Assembly (NCBI GenBank): GCA_965234725.1
Contig: CBDDUX010000061.1
Span: 1 to 19,054 of the forward strand
Source of the DNA: Thermoplasmatota archaeon
GTDB taxonomy: Archaea; Thermoplasmatota; Penumbrarchaeia; Penumbrarchaeales; Penumbrarchaeaceae
Length of the DNA stretch: 19,054 nt
Direction of reading: 5' to 3'
Positions 8,409-16,096 of this stretch are shown in pieces. Position 1 is the first letter of the stretch. Each line of letters opens with the position of its first letter. A model generated the notes under the pieces. That model saw only the letters and a list, made by a program, of their open reading frames with translations, was not told the DNA's origin and made no database searches. Made by a program: the position numbers and the translations under genes.

Positions 8409-8439
8409 ATGGCCCATGCAAGAATACTTGGTGGGCCAT
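8409..8439. other. Stem-loop, possible terminator of the 8636..10330 gene
   Basis: ATGGCCCA-TG-CAAG-AATA-CTTG-G-TGGGCCAT forms 8 bp plus 4 bp inverted arms. Confidence 0.4.
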
Positions 8440-8444
8440 GCCGG
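8431..8444. repeat. Right copy of the 14-bp near-direct repeat
   Basis: GTGGGCCATGCCGG. With flanking bases the minus strand reads TCCGGCATGGCCCACCA. Confidence 0.5.
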
Positions 8445-8635
8445 ACATTTGTAAAAAGTGATTACACATAGATACTGTTCGCTTTTTTACGTTCAGGACA
8501 AGTGGCCACCACACAAATGTACCCTGAATACGATCTGGGAACGAGATTGGCCATGAGAGAAAAAGACAACGAGGATCTTGTTTACAAAGGACCTTTTTCA
8601 TCCGAATCAGAGGATCAACTGTCTGTGTTGTGTAA

Positions 8636-10330
8636 TTAAACCTCATTCTTCTTACCGGGCCTTATCTTCTTCATATAGTATAGGACCCCGGCACCTACCG
8701 CTATCAGACCAACGGGTATGATGATCATCAACAAGGTTGCCCCTTTTTCACCAGGACCTTTTACCTCGACATCCTCGGAGGTCGAGTCTCTCATATCGAT
8801 CCCGTTTACGACCTTCAATTCTATCTTATACTCTCCTGAGTCAGAATAGGTGTGTTCCGCTCTGATACCGGTGGAATTCGTTCCATCACCGAAATCCCAG
8901 ATATATTCGACAAGACCGGTTCCACTCTGGTCATAGGACCTCGAGCCATCTACACTTACGTCCAAACCGTCGATGTCCGATTCAAAGACCGCTACCGGGC
9001 CGACTCCTGTCTTAAGAAAAGGTCCCTCAAGCTGATGAGAATACATGACAACGGATTGCCTTGCACCCGGTCCGTCATCACCGTCCATTCCGAAAGTGAT
9101 GATCAACCTTCCATACTCGTCAACATCACAGGTGAAGAAATCACCAAGGTCCCTATCCGCATTTCCACCTGTTCCTGTGGTCCGGATCGATCCGGTATGG
9201 ACATAATCCAGGACCGGTGTAATGATGAAGGATGCGTTTTCCGCGAGAGCATTTGTGGTTATTGCAGCGAAGGTTCCCCAATTCGCCTCTTCCTTTTCAT
9301 CAGATTTCAAATCGAGCTCATCGGGCGTCTCATACCAGGTCATGGCCACCCTTCCGGGTTCCCCGACCGTTATCCATGGAAGGACCCTCGTCCCGTTGGT
9401 ATCCGTAACTTGTGTAACTGTCCAACCCTGGCCTTTATCAGTGGATACGGCCATGAACATATGTTCCTGGGTGGACCAGGAAAGGTAAAGATTTCCTTCC
9501 ATGTCCACATCGGATGCAATAAAGATATTCTGAACATCTTCTCCTGTGGTTACAACCTGATGCCTGGTGAAGGAGTCGGCCCCGTCCGTGGAGACATACA
9601 CTGCGATCCCTCCTCCATCCTTGTTGGGCAGGTAAACCGTTCCATCCACTTTGTCCACACAGAAATGATCTCTGGAACCAACAGATGATGTTACGGGGAG
9701 CCTGTTATTACCCATTGTCCACAATAGACCTCTATTGGTCCACTGTGATCTCTGTATCACCAGGCCCTGGGGTATGTCATTGTAGACCATGTAGAGGGTA
9801 TCGGATTGTGCTCCAGGGAAAGTACCTACTGTGGGCCCCATATCGAGCCATTGGCGATCCCCCACCCTTGTAACGGTAGCAAGGGGGTTCCTTATCCAGG
9901 TATTTCCACCGTCCTTGGATGTATCAATGGTAGAGCTCCAGAGATAAAGGTCAGTGTAATAGATCGTACCATCCTTTCCTATTGCAGTGTAGGAATCACC
10001 GGATCCCAGAGCATTCCTGCCATATGCGTGGGGTTCCCAGCTTTCACCGTGGTCCTTGGATATCCAGAGGTTTCCACTCTGACCCCCTCCTATTCCAGTA
10101 GGAGAGTCGATATAGATCCATTCCTCACCTGTGATACCAGGACCTGCTAGGATATGAGGTTCGAACCCTTCTCCTGTTGAATCCGGAACCTCATTAACAA
10201 GGAAATCCAGGGTGTCATAGATTCTTTCCTCCGGACCAATGTCGGTTGACTGGGCATTTGTTTGGACAGATGGCAGGGCAGCCGGAACAAGCAGGGCGAT
10301 CATTACAAAGGTTAGAATTGATCTGTTCAT
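8636..10330 (-). CDS. Secreted Asp-box/BNR beta-propeller (sialidase-like fold) with PKD domain and C-terminal membrane anchor
   Basis: Signal peptide; Asp-boxes SKDHGESW, SKDGGNTW, STDGADSF and STDKGQGW; PKD motif WDFGDG..HTY..G.Y; C-terminal hydrophobic helix with a Lys-rich tail. Confidence 0.85.
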   Translation of the reverse strand: MNRSILTFVMIALLVPAALPSVQTNAQSTDIGPEERIYDTLDFLVNEVPDSTGEGFEPHILAGPGITGEEWIYIDSPTGIGGGQSGNLWISKDHGESWEPHAYGRNALGSGDSYTAIGKDGTIYYTDLYLWSSTIDTSKDGGNTWIRNPLATVTRVGDRQWLDMGPTVGTFPGAQSDTLYMVYNDIPQGLVIQRSQWTNRGLLWTMGNNRLPVTSSVGSRDHFCVDKVDGTVYLPNKDGGGIAVYVSTDGADSFTRHQVVTTGEDVQNIFIASDVDMEGNLYLSWSTQEHMFMAVSTDKGQGWTVTQVTDTNGTRVLPWITVGEPGRVAMTWYETPDELDLKSDEKEEANWGTFAAITTNALAENASFIITPVLDYVHTGSIRTTGTGGNADRDLGDFFTCDVDEYGRLIITFGMDGDDGPGARQSVVMYSHQLEGPFLKTGVGPVAVFESDIDGLDVSVDGSRSYDQSGTGLVEYIWDFGDGTNSTGIRAEHTYSDSGEYKIELKVVNGIDMRDSTSEDVEVKGPGEKGATLLMIIIPVGLIAVGAGVLYYMKKIRPGKKNEV

Positions 10331-10516
10331 GAAAATGCCTCGGAGACATCACCTTGGAGGAGGGAGATCAATCGATATCATGACTTATACATTTTGGCCG
10401 ATCCATGTGATGATCCGTCATCCTTTTCTTATCCGACCAAGTGGATACTCCAACCTTGAACCGAATATTTATCACTTCAAAACCGTATCATGTTATGGAA
10501 AAGGGCTGGTGTGAAA

Positions 10517-11494
10517 ATGGTGTTGCTGCTGGATAGGGAGAACGTTAGATCCGTACTGAAGATGAGCGACTGCATAGATATGCTTGAAAAAGCGTTCACT
10601 GAACTTGCGAACGGGTCTGCAGTGCTTCCCCTGAGGATCGGAATCAGGCCTCCTGAGGGCCTGGCACTTTACATGCCGGCATACCTCAGGGAAATGAATG
10701 CTCTGGCATGCAAGGTTGTAACCGTTTACAAGGACAATCCGACAAAACACGGTCTTCCCACGACCATCGGAAAGGTCCTTTTGCAGGACCCTGGCACCGG
10801 AGAGGTCATCTGTATCATGGACGGAGGATATCTGACAGCGGTCAGGACAGGAGCTGTCAGCGGTCTTGCGACCAGATATCTTGCAAGGAAGGACAGAGGT
10901 CAGACCGCTTCGATATTTGGAGCCGGTGTACAGGCACGGATGCAGTTGTGGGGAATGGTCGAGGCAAGGGATGTTAAAAAAGCCTACGTAAATGATATGG
11001 TAATAGGGGCAGCGGAAAAGTTCGCTTCGGAAATGTCGAAGGAGCTGGGGCTTGATATCGAGGCGACCACTGACATGAAGAAGCTCCTGTCAGCCGACCT
11101 TATTTGCACAGCAACTTCCTCCCCGAACCCGATATTCGACGGATCCCTGGTGGGAGAAGGTACACATATCAACGGTATCGGAAGCCATTCTCCTAATGCT
11201 AGGGAGCTTGATTCGGCCATCATCAAACGATCCCTTTTCATTGCTGATTCAAGGGAAGGATGTTTGAACGAAGCAGGGGACATCATGATCCCCTTGAAGA
11301 ATGGCGAGATCACAGAAGACCATATCCATACGGAACTGGGAGAGATAATCACAGGGAAGAAGATCGGACGGACCTCAGGCGAAGAAATAACGATATTCAA
11401 GTCCAACGGTCTGGCAATCCAGGACTGTGCAACGGCGAAGCTTGTTTACGATAAGGCGGTCGAGAAGGGGATCGGGTCAACCGTGGATATCTAG
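10517..11494 (+). CDS. Ornithine cyclodeaminase/mu-crystallin family, probably archaeal-type alanine dehydrogenase
   Basis: Motifs MPAY, KVVTVYKDN, LTAVRTGA, GAGVQA, GTHINGIG and FKSNGLAIQD. Likely start is ATG 10517 after GGTG. Confidence 0.9.
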   Translation: MVLLLDRENVRSVLKMSDCIDMLEKAFTELANGSAVLPLRIGIRPPEGLALYMPAYLREMNALACKVVTVYKDNPTKHGLPTTIGKVLLQDPGTGEVICIMDGGYLTAVRTGAVSGLATRYLARKDRGQTASIFGAGVQARMQLWGMVEARDVKKAYVNDMVIGAAEKFASEMSKELGLDIEATTDMKKLLSADLICTATSSPNPIFDGSLVGEGTHINGIGSHSPNARELDSAIIKRSLFIADSREGCLNEAGDIMIPLKNGEITEDHIHTELGEIITGKKIGRTSGEEITIFKSNGLAIQDCATAKLVYDKAVEKGIGSTVDI

Positions 11495-12852
11495 GTCTCG
11501 GGAACGATCTCCTCTTCCGGAACAGGCATTTCCTGTTTTCCCCATTCTCCCCTCACAAAATAGAGGTCGCTTCTTCCATTATCAGGTCCGATATAGTATT
11601 GGTAGCCGATGTTCAGGGCCATGTCCGGTGAGATAACGATCTCGAAGAAATCATGAAGGGCGTGGAGGTCAGTTCCGATGTAGCATGGTGTGGGATCCGC
11701 TATGGTGAAATTGATATTTGGGTCCTGTATGGTTGAATAGAGGTCCATGCCTCCGTAGAGGTACCATTCACTATCATCTGAAATGGGAAGGTCCTTGGAA
11801 GCATAGAAAGCCACAGCGACTGATCCATCAGGACCTGTGTTGATCGTGGGGTAATCAATGAAACCTTTGAACGGGGTTATTTCCCATGAGTCCCAGGTCC
11901 TTCCGAAGTCCATACTTCTGGCAATGAATATCCTGGTCCCATTCTCAACGCCGTTCTCCGCATCGTTCCACAGGACCCATACAGGTCCTCCGTCCTGTGT
12001 GGATACGATGGGATACTCCCTTCCTGGTCCATTCCTGTGTCCGATCTTTATGGGATCGTTCCAATTCCAGGTAACTCCCCTGTCATCGCTCACATACATC
12101 AGGATATCCGCATCAGCTCCCGTGTTGCTCTCGGAGACGACATAGACATGGTCACCGTTCCTCTCGCTATCCAGATGGGCCCATCCGTTTCCAGGGACGG
12201 GTTCCGCCAGGCTGAACGACCTGGCTCCATTGGTGGATCTGTAATACCAGTATCTTCCCCCGTTGACCTCCACCGCATTATTTCCAAGGTAATGGACGAT
12301 ACCGTTACCCTGGCCGGCAATCCAGGGCCTGTCATCCAGACCGGTTGTCTTTTGGACCCTTACCGAATATTGATACTGTCCCTGGTCGGCCCAGACATGG
12401 ATATGATTGTCTATTAGATAGGTATCAACGAAATACACATTGTCCTGAGCGTCAACACCTATGTCACCTTCATCACCAAGGTAGGTCTGCCAGAGGGCTC
12501 CTCTCGGAAATGGGTCATTTGGAGAATTCCAGGACATCCCGTTGTCAGTGCTCACAAAGAACCAGGATGCAAGGTAGTCCCAGGAACCTCTATCGTCCAG
12601 GTTCTTGTGGGCAGTATAGAAGAGGGCCCCTGTGGAATCCACAGCAATGCTTGGTTCATATCCTTCCTTGTTGAACTCATACGGGTCCTGGAAATCAACA
12701 ACTGTTACAGGGAGTATTTCATCAACCTGATTTCCTCCATCGTAGCCAACTTCGGAACTGGAAGTTGCAACAATAATAATAAACACAATGAGGACAACCA
12801 AGGCCAGTGTGATAATAGAGTAGAATGTAATTTTCTTGGACAAAGGTCTCAT
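11491..12852 (-). CDS. N-terminally anchored Asp-box/BNR beta-propeller protein; paralog of 8636..10330
   Basis: Likely start is ATG 12852 (MRPLSKK plus a long hydrophobic helix). Asp-boxes STDNGMSW, STNGARSF, SDDRGVTW and SMDFGRTW. Confidence 0.85.
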   Translation of the reverse strand: MRPLSKKITFYSIITLALVVLIVFIIIVATSSSEVGYDGGNQVDEILPVTVVDFQDPYEFNKEGYEPSIAVDSTGALFYTAHKNLDDRGSWDYLASWFFVSTDNGMSWNSPNDPFPRGALWQTYLGDEGDIGVDAQDNVYFVDTYLIDNHIHVWADQGQYQYSVRVQKTTGLDDRPWIAGQGNGIVHYLGNNAVEVNGGRYWYYRSTNGARSFSLAEPVPGNGWAHLDSERNGDHVYVVSESNTGADADILMYVSDDRGVTWNWNDPIKIGHRNGPGREYPIVSTQDGGPVWVLWNDAENGVENGTRIFIARSMDFGRTWDSWEITPFKGFIDYPTINTGPDGSVAVAFYASKDLPISDDSEWYLYGGMDLYSTIQDPNINFTIADPTPCYIGTDLHALHDFFEIVISPDMALNIGYQYYIGPDNGRSDLYFVRGEWGKQEMPVPEEEIVPET

Positions 12853-12990
12853 TGGACTAAAATACCTATCAATGATAATATACTTTGTTGGAGTAAGCAT
12901 ATCATCATTTTCAGGAGTTGTTAAAATTCAAAACTAAGGACTCTGTCAATTACCTTTCATTCAATCTACTTGAACCTTCAATGGACTCTG

Positions 12991-13008
12991 GAGAAATACT
13001 TAATAAAA
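12991..13008 (+). promoter_or_regulatory. BRE/TATA promoter for the cytochrome module
   Basis: GAGAAATACTTAATAAAA lies upstream of the 441-aa ORF. Confidence 0.45.
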
Positions 13009-13023
13009 TGATGTTGTAGGCAT

Positions 13024-14349
13024 GTGATAGTGACATCCAAGATGATCTTCAAGAGGATGGGAGCAGGACGGTTTATTGCATTTTTGACATTGCTATCCTT
13101 GTTATTTGTTCTGATCTCAACATTGGTTCCAGAAGTCCTTTCAGAATTAAACAAGACATATTCGGACGGAGAATGTGAGACATGTCATACAGAATTCGAA
13201 CCCTTCATCACACAAGTTGATTCTCCAACAGAAGTACCGGAGACCATGGAGTTTGAATTTGGATTGCTTGTACAAAATCCATGGGCCCATGAATTGAACG
13301 ATCTTGTATTGACTGTTAATCTGGCTGAATCACCAGGTCTTGAATTCTTTGGGATGGAACCTCAGGAACCTATTGATATGACTGAAACTGGAATTGTCCC
13401 TGCAAGAGGTTCCTCAACTGGGGAGGTGATGATATCTTCCTCTGTTGAGGAGATAAGATTGAATCTTGACTGGAATAGACCCATATTGTTCACAGGTGAA
13501 TTGGAACTTTCATTCATTGGTGAAAATAAAGTATGGACCGAATCTTCGACAGATGAGATCATCATCGATGGAGACGAGATAAGTGAAACGGAGTATGGCC
13601 CTTATCGGTGGATGATAGAGAACACAGGGCCGGCCCGGTCAGTGGACTTCACCATCGAAATCGAGATAGATTTCTCAAGTGATTATAAGATATTCTCTAC
13701 CTATGTTTCAACCATTGAGCCAGGGAAATCAGGGACCATCAAATTACCCCTTATGTCCATTGGGAAAAGTGAAAATATTGTTTCATACGAACTGGAAGTA
13801 ATAGCACATCATGATCATTCGGAGGATGAGACAGATTCCGACACTTACACAACAACCGGGTCATATTCCATTGAAGTTGGAGATGAGTTAAAATACTCCA
13901 GACCGAAGGAGATAGTTACGGTCTCTACTTCATTATGGATTGTTGGCAGGGTCCTTGGTTTCGTAACCGTAGCCCTATTCATTGGATCATTCCTTTCAGG
14001 AGTGAACATCACCCCTTTACAAAGATGGATCGATAACAAGACAAAGGACAGAAAAAGATGGCACTGTGTGATATCCTTTGCAGTCATCATTTCCGTAATA
14101 ATCCATTTTTCAGTACTATACGCCGGATATTATTCCAACACATATAAGGGTCTGATAACAGGAGGATTACCTCTCATTCTGATGATCCTATTGGGAGTAA
14201 CAGGGTACTGGCAGAAACAGATAATAATAAGGATAGGACATCAAAAATGGAAAAGAATACACTTCTGGCTTTCCATTATTGTTATCTTGTTGTTCATTTT
14301 CCATGGTATAGAAGAGGGAACTGACCTCGCATTTCTTAGGTGGTGGTGA
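13024..14349 (+). CDS. Putative monoheme c-type cytochrome fused to acidic beta-rich domains and a C-terminal 4-TM cytochrome-b/ferric-reductase-like domain
   Basis: N-terminal hydrophobic helix, CETCH at 13174-13188 and HHDH. The C-terminal TMs carry His in KRWH, IIHF, KRIHFW and IFHG. The true start may be 13042 or 13057. Confidence 0.7.
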   Translation: MIVTSKMIFKRMGAGRFIAFLTLLSLLFVLISTLVPEVLSELNKTYSDGECETCHTEFEPFITQVDSPTEVPETMEFEFGLLVQNPWAHELNDLVLTVNLAESPGLEFFGMEPQEPIDMTETGIVPARGSSTGEVMISSSVEEIRLNLDWNRPILFTGELELSFIGENKVWTESSTDEIIIDGDEISETEYGPYRWMIENTGPARSVDFTIEIEIDFSSDYKIFSTYVSTIEPGKSGTIKLPLMSIGKSENIVSYELEVIAHHDHSEDETDSDTYTTTGSYSIEVGDELKYSRPKEIVTVSTSLWIVGRVLGFVTVALFIGSFLSGVNITPLQRWIDNKTKDRKRWHCVISFAVIISVIIHFSVLYAGYYSNTYKGLITGGLPLILMILLGVTGYWQKQIIIRIGHQKWKRIHFWLSIIVILLFIFHGIEEGTDLAFLRWW

Positions 14350-14756
14350 AAATATCCCATTCACTTGATTCGTGGTTGTTGTATATCCATCCTCCTCTGG
14401 CGATCATCGGGTATCTGTTGACATTCACTCTTCTATTCACTTTACTAAGGTATAGAAATGACAAAGGGTACAAGAAAATAGTGTCAAGGGTAGGGATAAC
14501 TGCTTGGATATTCAACTTTCTTGGGCTTGTCACAGGAATGATATGGGCCCAGATAGCATGGGGGAGGCCGTTTGCATTCGATCCCAAGGAAACCTTCACT
14601 TTGCTTGTTTTCCTCTCCGTGGGTCTGAATTTGTATCTGTTTTATAGAAAGATGGAGATGAAATGGATCCTTATTAATGGTCTAATAAGCTGTATATTGA
14701 TAATATTGACGATCATCGTTCCGCTTCTGTTGAGCTCTATTCACGGTTATGTATAG
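14340..14756 (+). CDS. Minimal cytochrome c assembly (CcsA/CcmF-like WWD-domain) protein
   Basis: Motifs IHPPLAIIGY, GMIWAQIAWGRPFAFDPKET and C-terminal SIHGY; four hydrophobic segments; overlaps the upstream stop. Confidence 0.85.
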   Translation: MVVKISHSLDSWLLYIHPPLAIIGYLLTFTLLFTLLRYRNDKGYKKIVSRVGITAWIFNFLGLVTGMIWAQIAWGRPFAFDPKETFTLLVFLSVGLNLYLFYRKMEMKWILINGLISCILIILTIIVPLLLSSIHGYV

Positions 14757-14800
14757 GTAAATGCCAAATATTAGCCCAAGATATCAAGAGATGATGTCAA

Positions 14801-16033
14801 ATGAGGATATGCATCATAACATCAGAATATCCGCCCAAATGGGGTGGAGTGGGCGTGGTGGCCTATTATCTTTCCACATGGATGGCAAAAAGAGGTCACG
14901 AGGTCCATGTTGTTACCAGAAGCCAGAACATCGGTTACAAGTCCTCTCACTCCAACATCAGTATCCATCCGGTCAAGTGGCTGAAAGCTCCCATGGTCTT
15001 CACCCTATCATTTGGTAAGAACGCCATGAAATGGATGGAAAAATCCGGATTGGATTTTGATATCGTCCATATCCACTCGAACATGGCACTCATCCCAAGA
15101 AATTACTACAAAAGGTCCAAGGTCCCCATCGTATCGACCATGCACGGGACCTGGAAAGGGGAAAGGTCGACCATTTCATTGAAGCATGTATCCCCTTCGA
15201 TCTCTGGTATAAATGACCTTTCGGTAATGATGCTGGGTCCTTTCATGGACAGGTATGAGGACAATGCATTGAGATATTCAAATGGTGTTATCACCATCTC
15301 CAATTCCGAATGCAGGGCCCTTGCCAGGAGAGGTGTGAAAAACAAGTACGATAGGAGGATACACCTTCAAAATGGCATAGATACCCAGGAGTTCTCCCCT
15401 GAGAACTTCGATCCCGGATTGAAGAGCAGATACTCCATTGCTGAAGGGAACAGGATAATTGTCAGCGTTGGGAGGTGGGCGGCAAGGAAGGGCATCAGGG
15501 AGATGCTGCAGGTCTTCAAGGAAATGAACGGAAGGAGGAAGGACCTGACCTTCTTTCTGGTAGGATGGGGGCCCATGGAAGGAGAGATCAGGAGAAAAAG
15601 ATCAGCGTTCGGTCTGGAGGATAACCTGATCCTGCTGAAGTCTCCTGACCATTCCGAGATGCAGAAACTGGTAGCGACTGCGGACCTTGCCATGTTCCAT
15701 TCTTACTGGGAAGGATACGGTCTGACATTCGGCGAGGCTCTCGCATCGGGGACACCCTGCGTTCTCACGGATGTTGGGGGTGCCTCGGAGATGTGTGTCG
15801 AGGGAACCGGAAGGCTGGTCAAGGTAGGAGATATCAAAGGTCAGGCCGATTCGGCTCTGGAACTCCTTTCAAGGGATGACCTTGATGAGTGGGGTAAACG
15901 TGGCAGGGAGCACATATTGAAATACTGCTCTTGGAACGATATTGCAGAAAGGACAGAAGGGTTCTACAGGTGGGTAGTAGAGGACCCGGAGAACAAGGAC
16001 GGTTGGAGAGATGGTTTCAATAGATGCCCATAG
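14801..16033 (+). CDS. Glycosyltransferase family 4 (GT-B)
   Basis: Motifs EYPP..GGVG, GHEVHVVT, NGID, VGRWAARKG and EGYGLTFGEALASG (E-x7-E). Confidence 0.93.
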   Translation: MRICIITSEYPPKWGGVGVVAYYLSTWMAKRGHEVHVVTRSQNIGYKSSHSNISIHPVKWLKAPMVFTLSFGKNAMKWMEKSGLDFDIVHIHSNMALIPRNYYKRSKVPIVSTMHGTWKGERSTISLKHVSPSISGINDLSVMMLGPFMDRYEDNALRYSNGVITISNSECRALARRGVKNKYDRRIHLQNGIDTQEFSPENFDPGLKSRYSIAEGNRIIVSVGRWAARKGIREMLQVFKEMNGRRKDLTFFLVGWGPMEGEIRRKRSAFGLEDNLILLKSPDHSEMQKLVATADLAMFHSYWEGYGLTFGEALASGTPCVLTDVGGASEMCVEGTGRLVKVGDIKGQADSALELLSRDDLDEWGKRGREHILKYCSWNDIAERTEGFYRWVVEDPENKDGWRDGFNRCP

Positions 16034-16096
16034 TAACCTGCAATATCCAATGGATACGGATATTAAGGAAGTTCCCGATAGTCACCGGAGAACATA

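Noticed and set aside
8429..8520. Possible tRNA gene ending ...GGCCCACCA on the minus strand
   Set aside because: No TTCRA T-loop, matching 5' acceptor strand or cloverleaf upstream; kept only as a possible att-like fragment.
7498..8547. Short shared words CGTTCAGG and GGAACGAGAT in both intergenic regions flanking the TA pair
   Set aside because: The intervening sequence does not align and the matches are 8-10 bp, too weak to call a repeat element or ncRNA.
8407..8646. 79-aa minus-strand ORF between the propeller gene and PIN
   Set aside because: No motif or convincing SD, and it runs through a stem-loop; probably non-coding.
8852..9688. 278-aa plus-strand ORF
   Set aside because: Antisense shadow of the Asp-box/PKD gene with no recognisable motifs.
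11491..11494. Convergent genes sharing a CTAG stop (also a 12-bp adk/NagD-like overlap at 3836-3847)
   Set aside because: Common in compact prokaryotic genomes, with no evidence of special function.
8309..13010. 13-mer ACTTAATAAAATG at 8309 and 12998
   Set aside because: AT-rich TATA-like sequence in opposite orientation relative to the two genes; likely chance.
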